Positions 18,318-27,937 of a stretch of 64,000 nt of DNA are shown piece by piece (the first letter of the stretch is position 1; the number at the start of each line of letters is the position of its first letter). Under the pieces are notes generated by a model that made no database searches, was not told where the DNA came from, and saw nothing but the letters and a program-made list of their open reading frames with translations. Source of the stretch: Candidatus Micrarchaeota archaeon (GTDB lineage: Archaea; Micrarchaeota; Micrarchaeia; Anstonellales; Bilamarchaeaceae); contig WJMK01000039.1 in the NCBI GenBank assembly GCA_014727975.1, forward strand, positions 29,237 to 93,236, read 5' to 3'. The position numbers and the translations under genes are program-made.

Positions 18318-18783
18318 GCTCAATCACCACTTCTCCATTGTCCATTGCATGAAACTTCATTGGGTAAAGCCCGGAAGGCGCAACCCCGTTCTCATTTGTA
18401 ACCAGGCCCACTGAACTCTGGTTAAGCTCCCCAAAGAAAGAGGTAGCAACATCAGTGGGGCCGCTGCTTGTTTCCAGCCGGATCACGACCTCGTTTTCAG
18501 TAATGTTTATGTATTGCGCATTGGTTGGGATATTGACCATTATCACCTTGGAGGCCTGCGGGCCCTCAATATTTACTTCATTTATTGAGTCTGCAATGAT
18601 GCGGACCACTGAGCTTGCCTGTACGTGGGAGAGGGACTCAAACCTTGCCTGCGCGCCTACCAGGAGGAGGAGGAGAATGGGCACCACAAAGATTAGTATG
18701 ATGCCTATCGTAACGAGCATCTCGGTTGCTGCCTGCCCTTTCCTAGTCTGCTGGTTCACAGTTTGCCACCTCATCGTTGTCAC
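18307..18783 (-). CDS. Class III signal peptide (pilin-like) protein
   Basis: RKG|QAATEMLVTIGIILIFVVP with E at +5; IADSINEVNIEGP. Confidence 0.85.
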   Translation of the reverse strand: MTTMRWQTVNQQTRKGQAATEMLVTIGIILIFVVPILLLLLVGAQARFESLSHVQASSVVRIIADSINEVNIEGPQASKVIMVNIPTNAQYINITENEVVIRLETSSGPTDVATSFFGELNQSSVGLVTNENGVAPSGLYPMKFHAMDNGEVVIEHGG

Positions 18784-20491
18784 AGCCTATGTTGTCCTCA
18801 TCCCCGTTTCCGGTCTCTATCCAGTAAATGTCATCGTATTCTTCCCTGTCCCACTGGGCCCAGTCACTGAGCCTGAAGTGCCCTACGTGCTCAAGGTCAG
18901 GGTCGAATACCATGTTGCACATTATGCGGTTCTTATCCCCGGGCATTCCCTTAATCATCTGCACCTCATTTGAAGGAGAATCCTCAACCTCTGAGAAGAA
19001 TTCCATGTCCACGCGACTGTATTCGTCCCAGGTTGTATCAGGCACTATGTTTCCGCCTGCCCACCTTCCAACTGCAAGGGTTTCCATTCCCCAGGAACTC
19101 TCGGGCCAGTTCCAGTAATCCGGGGAGCTGGAATCGAACATTCCCTGGAGGTCGAACATGCGGTGGAGGAAGGAGGGGCTGCTGTTGCGGGGCATATAGT
19201 AGCCGCACATCGCAAAATCCCTCAGGTGTTCAATATCATAAATTGAAACATCATGTAGCTTCAGGTCTGGCTCATTTTCGACTTCCTCGGGATTTGCGCG
19301 GGCAACAAAAAGGAGCTTGTGGGCTTCCTCGTCCCAATCAGACTGGAAATCTACTCCAGTGAAATCCTCGATATCAAAATTATCATAAACCATAAACGGC
19401 CGGGAAGTTATCGAAGATGAAGGGCCATCTATGCTTGGCTCGCACTCATCATCATACTCTATTGGGTTGAAGGTTTCTTCCTGGTTGTCTTTGGATGTGC
19501 AGGGGGAATCTTCAAGCACAGGCTCATTGGTAAGGATGTATGCCCCGAACTCCCCATAACCAGGCACTGCAATTATTTCTGAATAGTTGCCTGCAAGGAT
19601 GTAATTGTAAGTTGCATTTTCAGAGATCTCGGATGCATCCTCGGCCATTACCACAGGCCCATAGAACCAGCCCTGGCCTTCGCTTCCTTCTGCAACTTCA
19701 TAGCATCCGTCCCCTGCATCATGGTCTTCGCAAAGATATTCAAATCCGTCCTCCCAGTAGGGCGCAAGGAATATGGGCTTCCCTACGCGTACGCTTTCGG
19801 TCCCTTCAGTCAAACCAAGGCGGGAGGATTCCCTTGCGATATATGGGTCCACCATACCGGTGCCGTCTACAAGCCTGCGCACCTCATAGCTGCGCACAAT
19901 GGAGGTTGCGGAGTCCGCCTGGGTATCCACAATGGTCATATTCATTTCAAATACGAGCTCGAAATGGGTAAAATTCACCTGGTTGAATTCAAAGGAGCCC
20001 TCATCTATGGTGAGTTCAGTGAGCTCGAACCCGGCCGCCTCAAGCGATGCATTGAGCTGGCTTGCCCAGCCCTCAAGAGTATAGGTGGTCTTCTCTTCAG
20101 TGGTGTACTCAAGCCCATCCCCTTCAAAATAATCCCCGGACGCAGTTCCGGAAAGCACAAGCTCGCGCATTGCAAGGCGGATGTTCTCAAGCTCGGAGCC
20201 ATCCAGTGACTCTGCTCCTGCAATATCCACTCCATCCGGGACCTTCACCGGGTTGGTGATGGAGTGGTGGTTGAGCCTGTAGAATGCATAGTGTGCGGAG
20301 AGGTCTGCATAATTGCCGATTGTTTCCCCGTTTACCTGGGCAAGGAGCATCTCCATTGAAGTGGTGCGGAAAGACTCGGAATACCTGTTCTCCTCCATCT
20401 CTATCGCACGCACCCAGAAATATGTGGAAGTGAGGATATAGGTAAGGAGAATAAATGAAACAATTATGAAAAAGAATCCTTTCCTGTTCAT
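18743..20491 (-). CDS. Large class III signal peptide protein (putative pilus tip/adhesin subunit)
   Basis: MNRKG|FFFIIVSFILL then a 550-aa acidic, Cys-containing domain. Confidence 0.78.
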   Translation of the reverse strand: MNRKGFFFIIVSFILLTYILTSTYFWVRAIEMEENRYSESFRTTSMEMLLAQVNGETIGNYADLSAHYAFYRLNHHSITNPVKVPDGVDIAGAESLDGSELENIRLAMRELVLSGTASGDYFEGDGLEYTTEEKTTYTLEGWASQLNASLEAAGFELTELTIDEGSFEFNQVNFTHFELVFEMNMTIVDTQADSATSIVRSYEVRRLVDGTGMVDPYIARESSRLGLTEGTESVRVGKPIFLAPYWEDGFEYLCEDHDAGDGCYEVAEGSEGQGWFYGPVVMAEDASEISENATYNYILAGNYSEIIAVPGYGEFGAYILTNEPVLEDSPCTSKDNQEETFNPIEYDDECEPSIDGPSSSITSRPFMVYDNFDIEDFTGVDFQSDWDEEAHKLLFVARANPEEVENEPDLKLHDVSIYDIEHLRDFAMCGYYMPRNSSPSFLHRMFDLQGMFDSSSPDYWNWPESSWGMETLAVGRWAGGNIVPDTTWDEYSRVDMEFFSEVEDSPSNEVQMIKGMPGDKNRIMCNMVFDPDLEHVGHFRLSDWAQWDREEYDDIYWIETGNGDEDNIGCDNDEVANCEPAD

Positions 20492-21195
20492 GTGTACACC
20501 GTAAGCCTCACTATGCGAGTGTATGCATCTCCAATGATGTCAGCATTGTCCTCATGGTCATAATTATCGTAGTAGATGAATGGCTCGGGCCAGTCGCAGA
20601 TTGTGTAGTCCCCTCCGCATGTCATGTAAAACAGCGGGGATTCTTCCCCTCCCTCCGGAACCCCCTCATATCCAAAGTAGAGGGCGTGGGCTGCTGCCTT
20701 GAGCTTGTGGTATTCCTTCTTGTTCGCGGAATGGGAATCGGTTGCAGTATTGTAGAGCTCAACCCAGTCCCCCTCGGAAAAATCTATTTCTCCTTCTTCC
20801 AGTTCATCAAAATCCATGTATTCAAGCTTGTAGCCGAACTGGGCAGGGACAAGGGCGCTTTCATCATAAATCCCTTCAGTGCCCTGTGATCCGATATAGA
20901 TGCGGGCTGCAACATCATTCTCATCCATTCCTTCGGGGTCAGAATCCGAAATTATGCAGGAGAGGTAGGTCTGCCCTGCATCGCAGATGCCTTCTGTGTC
21001 TGCATCGTCCTCTCCAATAGTTGTGGTTGCAAGGGTGAGCAGGGTATCCTTTGCAAGGTAGTTTGCCTGCATAAGGGAAGAATAGTATGCTGAGGGGACT
21101 GTTGAGAAAAACAGGAGGGAATAAAGGGCTGCAACAGTCAGAACGAATGCTACAAACGAATCAAGCGAGAATATAAACGCCTTGCTGGTTCCCAT
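20488..21195 (-). CDS. Class III signal peptide (minor pilin-like) protein
   Basis: SKA|FIFSLDSFVAFVLTVAAL; first gene of a 5-gene overlapping operon, TATA about 21219-21225. Confidence 0.8.
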   Translation of the reverse strand: MGTSKAFIFSLDSFVAFVLTVAALYSLLFFSTVPSAYYSSLMQANYLAKDTLLTLATTTIGEDDADTEGICDAGQTYLSCIISDSDPEGMDENDVAARIYIGSQGTEGIYDESALVPAQFGYKLEYMDFDELEEGEIDFSEGDWVELYNTATDSHSANKKEYHKLKAAAHALYFGYEGVPEGGEESPLFYMTCGGDYTICDWPEPFIYYDNYDHEDNADIIGDAYTRIVRLTVYT

Positions 21196-21237
21196 CGATA
21201 TAATTCTAGAATAAAAGCTTTTAAATGCAGCGGGGGG

Positions 21238-21600
21238 CTACTGGGGAACGCACTCGGACCACTGGCCGCACCGGTCGCATGTTTGGATCCCGCTTATGCA
21301 GCCTGGGGTGGGGCAGTACTGCTGCCCACCTGGTTCGCATTCCCTCGGGGCAATGCATGCAGACCATTTCCCATGCGAACATGTTTTGGTGCCCGGGCAC
21401 CCCCTCTCATCCAGGCAGGATTCCTTCGTTCCTGAAGTGCATCCGCCTGCTCCTGATGTAGTGGGCGCAAGCTTGGTTGGCTCAAAGCTGGAGGATGGGT
21501 CAGGTGGAGAAAAAAGAGTTATGAATGCCGCGAGCACCACGAAGCCCACGAGCAGGAAAACCACTATTGTTGCAATGGTGCCTGCATCCAAGCGCCTCAC
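21238..21600 (-). CDS. Small membrane-anchored protein with two Cys-rich repeats
   Basis: One TM, Pro/Ser/Thr linker, CTSGTKESC...CPGTKTCSHGKWSAC and CEPGGQQYC...CISGIQTCDRCGQWSEC. Confidence 0.75.
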   Translation of the reverse strand: MRRLDAGTIATIVVFLLVGFVVLAAFITLFSPPDPSSSFEPTKLAPTTSGAGGCTSGTKESCLDERGCPGTKTCSHGKWSACIAPRECEPGGQQYCPTPGCISGIQTCDRCGQWSECVPQ

Positions 21601-22550
21601 CTGTATTCAAGGGAGGGTGTAGACCCAGATGCGGAAATTCCATCTATGAAGGATGCCATGTCAAAAAGCCCTGCGGGCTCTGGGCTGGTGCGGACCATGC
21701 ATACTTCTATGTCCGATGCAGATTCATATTCCATGCCTGCAAGCTCTGCTGCCTTCAGGAGAGCATCGTCCCTTGAACCAAGCTCATCCACGAGCCCTGC
21801 CTGGAGGGCCATCCTGCCTGAAAGCACCCTTCCGTCAAGAACTTCATTGAAGTATGGGTATTTGAGCTTGTCTCCGCGCTGGTCTGTTATCTTGGACTTG
21901 AAATCCTGGAAGGATTCCATTACCAGGTCATAGAGAAGGTCGTGCTCTTCCTCTGTAAGGTTGCGGAGGGGATTTCCAATATCCTTCATCTCTCCTGATT
22001 TTACTACTACGTCCTTTATCCCTGCCATTTTGGCAAGCTCGCTGAACTCGGTAAGGTACATAACTGTCCCTATTGAGCCTGTCATTGCATTCGGCTCAGA
22101 AATTATGTAGTCGGAAGGCACGGAAACATAATAGCCTCCTGAAGCTGCAACCTCCCGGAAGTATGCGACAGTAGGCTTTTCCAGGGAATCCACAGCACGG
22201 TAAACTTCATCCGAAGCGACTACTGAGCCGCCTGGGGAATTTACCACGAGCAGGACTGCCCCAACCTCCTCCCTCCCATTCAAATCCTTTATTTTCTGGG
22301 AAAGCTCATAGGAGCCGTAACTGCCTTCGGTGAACATGCTTGCTGAGGCAGAGGTGGTAGTAATTTCCCCATTCAGCTCCACAACTGCGACACAATCCCC
22401 GACCAGGGGCCCCTCAAGCAGAAGGGAGAAAAGCGCAACAAGCAGAAGGGAGAGAAACCCAAGCCCAAAAAATGCTAGCACAATATAGGGGAGCTTTGTG
22501 CCGTTGCCTTCCCTGCCTTTGCCTGAGCGCATATATTTTTTTTCAGCCAT
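21597..22550 (-). CDS. sppA: Signal peptide peptidase SppA (S49)
   Basis: VNSPGGS, AASGGYY, TGSIG, KSGEMKD, DGRVLSG, GLVDELG. Confidence 0.95.
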   Translation of the reverse strand: MAEKKYMRSGKGREGNGTKLPYIVLAFFGLGFLSLLLVALFSLLLEGPLVGDCVAVVELNGEITTTSASASMFTEGSYGSYELSQKIKDLNGREEVGAVLLVVNSPGGSVVASDEVYRAVDSLEKPTVAYFREVAASGGYYVSVPSDYIISEPNAMTGSIGTVMYLTEFSELAKMAGIKDVVVKSGEMKDIGNPLRNLTEEEHDLLYDLVMESFQDFKSKITDQRGDKLKYPYFNEVLDGRVLSGRMALQAGLVDELGSRDDALLKAAELAGMEYESASDIEVCMVRTSPEPAGLFDMASFIDGISASGSTPSLEYR

Positions 22551-22615
22551 TGATCCCACCGTATTCCTGGAATAGAAAAAGGAGAATTAAATACCTATCG
22601 ATTATGAGTTATGGG

Positions 22616-23743
22616 TTATGCCTTTATTGTCGGGGGCCTGAACCATGGGAGGGAAACGCGGCTGGAGGGATGCTTCATCCTGTGCGGCCTTGCCCCAGGC
22701 TTTCCGCTCTTCACCCTGCGCCTTTGCGGAACTGGGATTTTGAAGCCTGCCTTTTTTGGGGCAGGCTCCATTAAGTTGGACCCAAGGGCACATGATATTC
22801 CTTCGGGCCTTGAAAGGATTTCCTGCTCCCTGCGGAGCTGGCGGATTTTCCCCTTAAGCCCATTCCTGCGCCTTTCAAGCTCTGCCTTTCTTCCTTCAGA
22901 AGGGCAGTTTGCCAGGGCGCATTCTGCGTACCTGTCAATTTCCTGTCCCGAGAGAAGATAGCGTTCAGCAAGCGCATCAGAAAAAACTTTCCCGTTCCGG
23001 ATTCCGCGCAGGAATGAAACTACTGAGAACTCCTTGAAAGCATCAAGCTCACCATGCGGAAGTTGGCTCCTGCCGAGAAAACCATGCACTGCTGCCTTTG
23101 CTTCCTTGGCTTCGCAAAGCAAAGCCGGGCGGAGGAAGTGTCCCCTGGAAATCTTCATGTATGTCTGTTTGGCCTGGTTCCTGACTTCCAAATCCCAGTC
23201 TAGCATGGCAAATGCGGCTTTTTGGGCTGCTTCAGGCTCAGCTAGCTCAAGGTCCAGAATTGCTGCAAGCCCAAGCAATCTCTCCTGCTTTTTTTCAGAA
23301 GAAAGAGAAAAAAGAAGCACACCAAGGACTGATGTGCGGGGCTCCTTTCCTGCAATGTTCCTTATCGCCTTTATGCATGGTATCAGGATGTCCTCTGTTC
23401 TCCTGAACTTGGCCTTGGGCCATTCCAGGGAGGAAAGCTCAATCAAGGTGCGTGCCACATCCTTTTTCCTGAGGGGGAATTCTTCTGTTGCATAGGCAGG
23501 CATCTGCTGTGAGCCAAGGCACCCTATCGCGTGAATCCCAAAAATAAATTCATCTTGTTCGGAACCTTCACGGACCATTTCTGCCAGTTTAACAATGAGT
23601 GATGCGCGCTCTGAAGGGAGCAGTTTCCCCGCATGCTGGGCAAGCTGCTCGGCAGCCTGGGCGCGGACAGCCGGTGATGTGTCTGAAAGTTGCCTGGAAA
23701 ATGCACCTATTGCTTCCCGCATATGCGGGATGTGGGAATTCAT
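22616..23743 (-). CDS. Hypothetical protein with HEAT-like helical repeats and a basic disordered tail
   Basis: LSDTSPAVRAQAAEQL and MLDWDLEVRNQAKQ resemble HEAT units; own TATA about 23 bp upstream. Confidence 0.6.
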   Translation of the reverse strand: MNSHIPHMREAIGAFSRQLSDTSPAVRAQAAEQLAQHAGKLLPSERASLIVKLAEMVREGSEQDEFIFGIHAIGCLGSQQMPAYATEEFPLRKKDVARTLIELSSLEWPKAKFRRTEDILIPCIKAIRNIAGKEPRTSVLGVLLFSLSSEKKQERLLGLAAILDLELAEPEAAQKAAFAMLDWDLEVRNQAKQTYMKISRGHFLRPALLCEAKEAKAAVHGFLGRSQLPHGELDAFKEFSVVSFLRGIRNGKVFSDALAERYLLSGQEIDRYAECALANCPSEGRKAELERRRNGLKGKIRQLRREQEILSRPEGISCALGSNLMEPAPKKAGFKIPVPQRRRVKSGKPGARPHRMKHPSSRVSLPWFRPPTIKA

Positions 23744-23850
23744 CAGTAAAATGTGTTAATGCTTGTTTAAATAATTAACTATTTGGTAAAAAATGACTAT
23801 TTAAGCGCGGGGATTGAGTTTAAAAATATTGGTTGGGAATGGGTTGCGAA

Positions 23851-24363
23851 ATGGTTTTTCTTGAATTGCTTGCATTCATCCTCCCCTGCTATGTTGCGAA
23901 TGCCGCACCTGTATTAGTTGGAGGGGGGATGCGGCTGGACATGGGCATAAAGCTCGGGGACGGGATGGGCCTGCTGGGAAAAACAAAAACCATCAGAGGA
24001 TTTCTGGGGGGGGTTGCTGCAGGCGCGATTGTTTCCGGGATTGTTGCAGCCATATGGCCAGGGCTGCTTTTCGGTAACCAGCAAACTCTTTTCCTGGCAG
24101 GGGTGATGCTTGCGGTGGGGGCGCTTATAGGGGATGCTGCAGGCAGTTTCATAAAAAGAAGGATGAGGATGAAACCGGGGAAGCATTTCAACTTCCTGGA
24201 CCAGATGGATTTCATAATCGGGGGATTGTTGTTTGCGTACCCTTTTGCAAGCAGAATATATAGCTTAGAGAATATCGTGTTCATAGTGGTTGTCTCGTAT
24301 GTGCTGCATGTGGGGGCGAATGTAAGCGCGAATAAGCTGGGGCTGAAGAAAGTCCCGTGGTAG
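23851..24363 (+). CDS. carS: CDP-archaeol synthase
   Basis: PCYVANAAP, GKTKTIRG, GDAAGSFIKRR, LDQMDF, LH...N...KLGLKKVPW. Confidence 0.93.
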   Translation: MVFLELLAFILPCYVANAAPVLVGGGMRLDMGIKLGDGMGLLGKTKTIRGFLGGVAAGAIVSGIVAAIWPGLLFGNQQTLFLAGVMLAVGALIGDAAGSFIKRRMRMKPGKHFNFLDQMDFIIGGLLFAYPFASRIYSLENIVFIVVVSYVLHVGANVSANKLGLKKVPW

Positions 24364-24369
24364 GTGAAA

Positions 24370-25755
24370 ATGGCTCTTGAAACACTTGTTGCATTTGCAA
24401 TTATTGCGGGCATAATCCTGGTGGGTTTCTTTGGGGAGCTGATATTCAGGAGGTTCCGCATACCTTCGGTGCTCATCCTCCTTGCAACAGGATACATGCT
24501 TGGGCCGGTAACAGGGATTGTGGATGTGGACATGATGGTGGGGCTCCAGTACCTTTTCGCCCCGCTTGCGCTGATGATACTTCTTTTTGACGGAGGGATC
24601 CAGCTCAATATCTACAGGCTGGTGCATGAAAGCAGCAGGGGAATACTCCTGGGAGTATTCGGGCTGCTTTTCTCCATTGCTGCAGTTGCAGGAATCTGGA
24701 TGATGCTCGGGAACGATTTGATTACCGGGCTGTTGATAGGGGCGATTGTTTCTGGAACCGGCTCTGCAATCGTAATACCTATTGCAAGGGGAATGGACCT
24801 CAGCGAAAAGGCTAGGCAGACGCTGACAATAGAATCATCAGTTACGGATGTGGTGAGTGTAGTTCTCGTGCTTTCGCTTACAGGCGCGCTTATTTCCGGG
24901 CATGCAACGATTGAGGGAACCACCCAAAACGTGGTTGCAAGCTTTTCAATAGGGGCTGTTCTTGGAGGAGTATTTGGAATGGCATGGATAAACCTGAGCG
25001 ACAAGCTGCGGAAGCTGAATTTCTACTATATGCTTACCCTTGCAATAATGCTGGTGCTCTACATAGTAACCGAATTCATGGTTGGGAGCGGGGCAATTGC
25101 TGTTCTTGTGTTCGGGATAATGCTGGGAAATATGGGGGAAATAGGGAAGATGCTGAGGTTCAGGGATGTGATGGAAGAGCCAAAAATGGCACAGTTCCAG
25201 GACGAGATTTCATTCCTTGTGCGCACATTCTTCTTTGTATTCCTCGGGATAATCGTAAGCATAAGCAGCATAGACGTGGTGGTGCTGGGGGTGGGGATAA
25301 CCTTTGTGCTGCTTGCCGCAAGGCAGGTTTCGGTCTGGCTCTCAACAGCCGGAAGCGACCTTGCAGAGTACAGGAAGGAGATAGGTGTGCTGATGCCAAG
25401 GGGGCTTGCAACTGCAATCATGGCAACTTACCCTGCAACGGTGCTGCTGGAAAACGCAGGGATTATTGGATACTCCCAGTTTGGCACGCTTTACAGGGAA
25501 GTCTCTGTGTTCCCCCAGGTAGGCTTCGTGGTGATTGTGGCAAGCATAGTTATAACTACGCTTGGGGTGATGATGGCAGGGGGAGAGGGAAGGCATGCAG
25601 GAAGCAGGGGTGAGGAAAGGGAAGATGGGCTGGATGAAGAGGTTAAAGAGGAGGCAGCAAAAAAAAGGAAGCTCAGGGAAAGGATAGAGCAGGAAAAGAA
25701 GAGGGTTGAAATCCAGGAAACCGTTGAAGAGGGTGAAGAAGATGAAGGAGCTTAA
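24370..25755 (+). CDS. Cation:proton antiporter (CPA1/NhaP-like)
   Basis: LLFDGG, ESSVTD, TFFFVFLG, MPRGLATA; about 12 TMs. Confidence 0.93.
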   Translation: MALETLVAFAIIAGIILVGFFGELIFRRFRIPSVLILLATGYMLGPVTGIVDVDMMVGLQYLFAPLALMILLFDGGIQLNIYRLVHESSRGILLGVFGLLFSIAAVAGIWMMLGNDLITGLLIGAIVSGTGSAIVIPIARGMDLSEKARQTLTIESSVTDVVSVVLVLSLTGALISGHATIEGTTQNVVASFSIGAVLGGVFGMAWINLSDKLRKLNFYYMLTLAIMLVLYIVTEFMVGSGAIAVLVFGIMLGNMGEIGKMLRFRDVMEEPKMAQFQDEISFLVRTFFFVFLGIIVSISSIDVVVLGVGITFVLLAARQVSVWLSTAGSDLAEYRKEIGVLMPRGLATAIMATYPATVLLENAGIIGYSQFGTLYREVSVFPQVGFVVIVASIVITTLGVMMAGGEGRHAGSRGEEREDGLDEEVKEEAAKKRKLRERIEQEKKRVEIQETVEEGEEDEGA

Positions 25756-26809
25756 GGCGGAGATCCGGAAAAAAATCCTTGCATCAATGCGCAAGGGGAA
25801 AATAGAGGAGAGGGATGGAGTTTGCCGGTTCTCTGAAAAAATAGGGAGCATACCGCGGGGGACAGTTGTAATCAACAAAAGGGTGATATACGGGTACCCG
25901 AAAATAAGGAGGATTTTCTCGCTCATGGAGGGCGCAAAAAAGAACCTCAATGAGGGGGAGATATGGGCAGAAGAGAAAATAGACGGTTTTAACCTGCGCG
26001 TTGTACACGAAAGCGGGAGAATATACTGCATCTCAAGGGGGGGCTTCCTGGATTTCTTTGCAACTGAAAAAATCTCTGATGATGAGAACGTGGCAAAATT
26101 TTTCAGGGAGCGCCCCGGGGACGTCCTGTATATGGAGATGGTTGGGAATACGCCCTATACTGCACCTACCCGGAAGTACGATGTCAAGTATTTTGTTTTT
26201 GACATAGGGAATGGGAAGGGCAGGTTCATGGGGCCGGAGCAGCGAAGGAAAATCTGCAGGGAATTCGGCCTGGAGTGCGTTCCCCTTCTGGGAAAATTCA
26301 GCAAAAAGGAGATAAAAAAGCTCAGGCGCATTGCAATTTCTGTAGACAAAAGAGGGAAAGAGGGCATAGTGATGAAGCAGCACCTCCCCAGAAAAGTGGC
26401 CAAATACGTAGTCCCTTCTTCAGACATCCAGGACCTGGAGGAAAACTCCCACATGGTTTTTGATATGCCTGCAGGGTTCATGAAGCAAAGAGTCATGAGG
26501 AGTGCGCTTTCCGTGCTTGAGCTGAAGCTCAGCAAAAAGAAGTATGATAAGAAACTGGGTGAGGCGCTGCACAAAAACCTCTACAGTGCGCTTAAGGCAG
26601 GGGGGGAGGTGAGCGAGAAATTTGAGGTGCTTGTGAAAAAGAAGGCAACCTGGGATAAGGTTCTTGAGCACATGTCTGGTGAGGTAATGGTGAAAGTGGA
26701 TTCAGAGAAAAAAGACCGGGGGGGCCTGAGGATCAAGTTCAGGAAAATATATAAAAAAGGGAGCAGGAAGCTGCGGCGGGCAGTGGAAGGCTATGCACAG
26801 GCGGACTAG
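25742..26809 (+). CDS. ATP-dependent RNA ligase, archaeal Rnl3/Pab1020 family
   Basis: GYPKIRR, motif I EEKIDGFNLR, ISRGG, EMVG, VFDI, EGIVMK, KY. Confidence 0.9.
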   Translation: MKELKAEIRKKILASMRKGKIEERDGVCRFSEKIGSIPRGTVVINKRVIYGYPKIRRIFSLMEGAKKNLNEGEIWAEEKIDGFNLRVVHESGRIYCISRGGFLDFFATEKISDDENVAKFFRERPGDVLYMEMVGNTPYTAPTRKYDVKYFVFDIGNGKGRFMGPEQRRKICREFGLECVPLLGKFSKKEIKKLRRIAISVDKRGKEGIVMKQHLPRKVAKYVVPSSDIQDLEENSHMVFDMPAGFMKQRVMRSALSVLELKLSKKKYDKKLGEALHKNLYSALKAGGEVSEKFEVLVKKKATWDKVLEHMSGEVMVKVDSEKKDRGGLRIKFRKIYKKGSRKLRRAVEGYAQAD

Positions 26810-27276
26810 GCAGACCTCTCTAGATTTTCCCTTCCGGGAACCGAATCGCTTTTCCAGGAATGGAAAACTGAATCAGGATGGTTTGGGCGGGAAAGCTCGA
26901 ATTTTACCAGCTCAAGCGGGGCCCCTGCCCACAATGCATCTGCAACAAGGGGGGAAAGGTCGGTTCCTCTTCCCCGCATTATATTTTCCTTGAGTGTGGC
27001 AAGGGATTCTGCAATCCCTGCCTCTTCCCTGGAAAGGAAAAGGCCTGCCCAGGTTGCTGCGGTCTCGTACTCCCCGTGCTCGAGCGCAGCCATGTACGCT
27101 TTTCTCCTCCATTTTTCTGCAGCGCCCTTTTTACCTATCTCTTCTGCAACCTGCCCTAATTTGAAATACTTCTTCCATCTGGGAAGCTCCTGCAGGGCGC
27201 TCATGCCACCTGCCTTCCTCAGGGCTTTGCTTCTTTCTGAGAGGGGCTGTTTTCTATGGATATTTCTGGGCTTCAT
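26806..27276 (-). CDS. Hypothetical helical (TPR-like) protein
   Basis: Fills the ligase-HARP gap; basic N-terminus, helical LGQVAEEIGKKGAAEKW. Confidence 0.5.
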   Translation of the reverse strand: MKPRNIHRKQPLSERSKALRKAGGMSALQELPRWKKYFKLGQVAEEIGKKGAAEKWRRKAYMAALEHGEYETAATWAGLFLSREEAGIAESLATLKENIMRGRGTDLSPLVADALWAGAPLELVKFELSRPNHPDSVFHSWKSDSVPGRENLERSA

Positions 27277-27326
27277 ACAAATCACTGGTTGGGGAAGTTA
27301 GCCAGAGAAATGTTTTTAAAATTAAT

Positions 27327-27884
27327 CTAGAGGGCCTTGAGGAGAGCGCCAAATTTCTCTGCCTCTATCCACTGCACCCCAATCTTGTTTGCCATGGCTA
27401 TCATCCCTTCATCTGAAGTGACTACTGTGGCGCCCAGCTCATAGGCAAGAAGCAGGATTTCAAGGTCTTCGCGGGAATCCACCATTCCTTTCCGCATTGC
27501 TTCCCTGTACTTTGCCCGCAGCTTGTTGAGCTTAACTTTGTTGTCGGGCTTGTTGTCCTGGGCAAACTCCTCTGCCACGCGGAGGCCTTTGTTTATGCGG
27601 TGCCGCACATCCTCTATGAATGTATAAAGGATGGGTGCAGGGATGTATATTCCATAAAGATTGGGTGCGCGCTTTTTCACAATGGTTGAAAGCTTTGATG
27701 CGCCTTTTTCTGCGAAATGCGAAAGCTCCTTGAACACAAGTGGGGGCATGTAAAATTCTGCTTTCTTTTTCTTGGGCTTTGCTTTTTTCAGGAAACCGGC
27801 AATTGCAGAATCAGATGTCTTTCCGAATTGCTTCCTGCATGCGGGATTTACAAAGAGGCAGGTGTCCAGTATGAACTGCTCCAT
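27327..27884 (-). CDS. HARP / RNA-free RNase P (PIN-like 'RNA ligase partner' protein)
   Basis: FILDTCLFVNP, RINKGLRVAE, LRAKYREAMRKGMVDSREDLEILLLAYEL, VVTSDEG. Confidence 0.9.
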   Translation of the reverse strand: MEQFILDTCLFVNPACRKQFGKTSDSAIAGFLKKAKPKKKKAEFYMPPLVFKELSHFAEKGASKLSTIVKKRAPNLYGIYIPAPILYTFIEDVRHRINKGLRVAEEFAQDNKPDNKVKLNKLRAKYREAMRKGMVDSREDLEILLLAYELGATVVTSDEGMIAMANKIGVQWIEAEKFGALLKAL

Positions 27885-27937
27885 GCCCGTAAATGGAAGG
27901 CATGCTTATTATTTGTTTCGGAGCAGGAAATGAGCGC

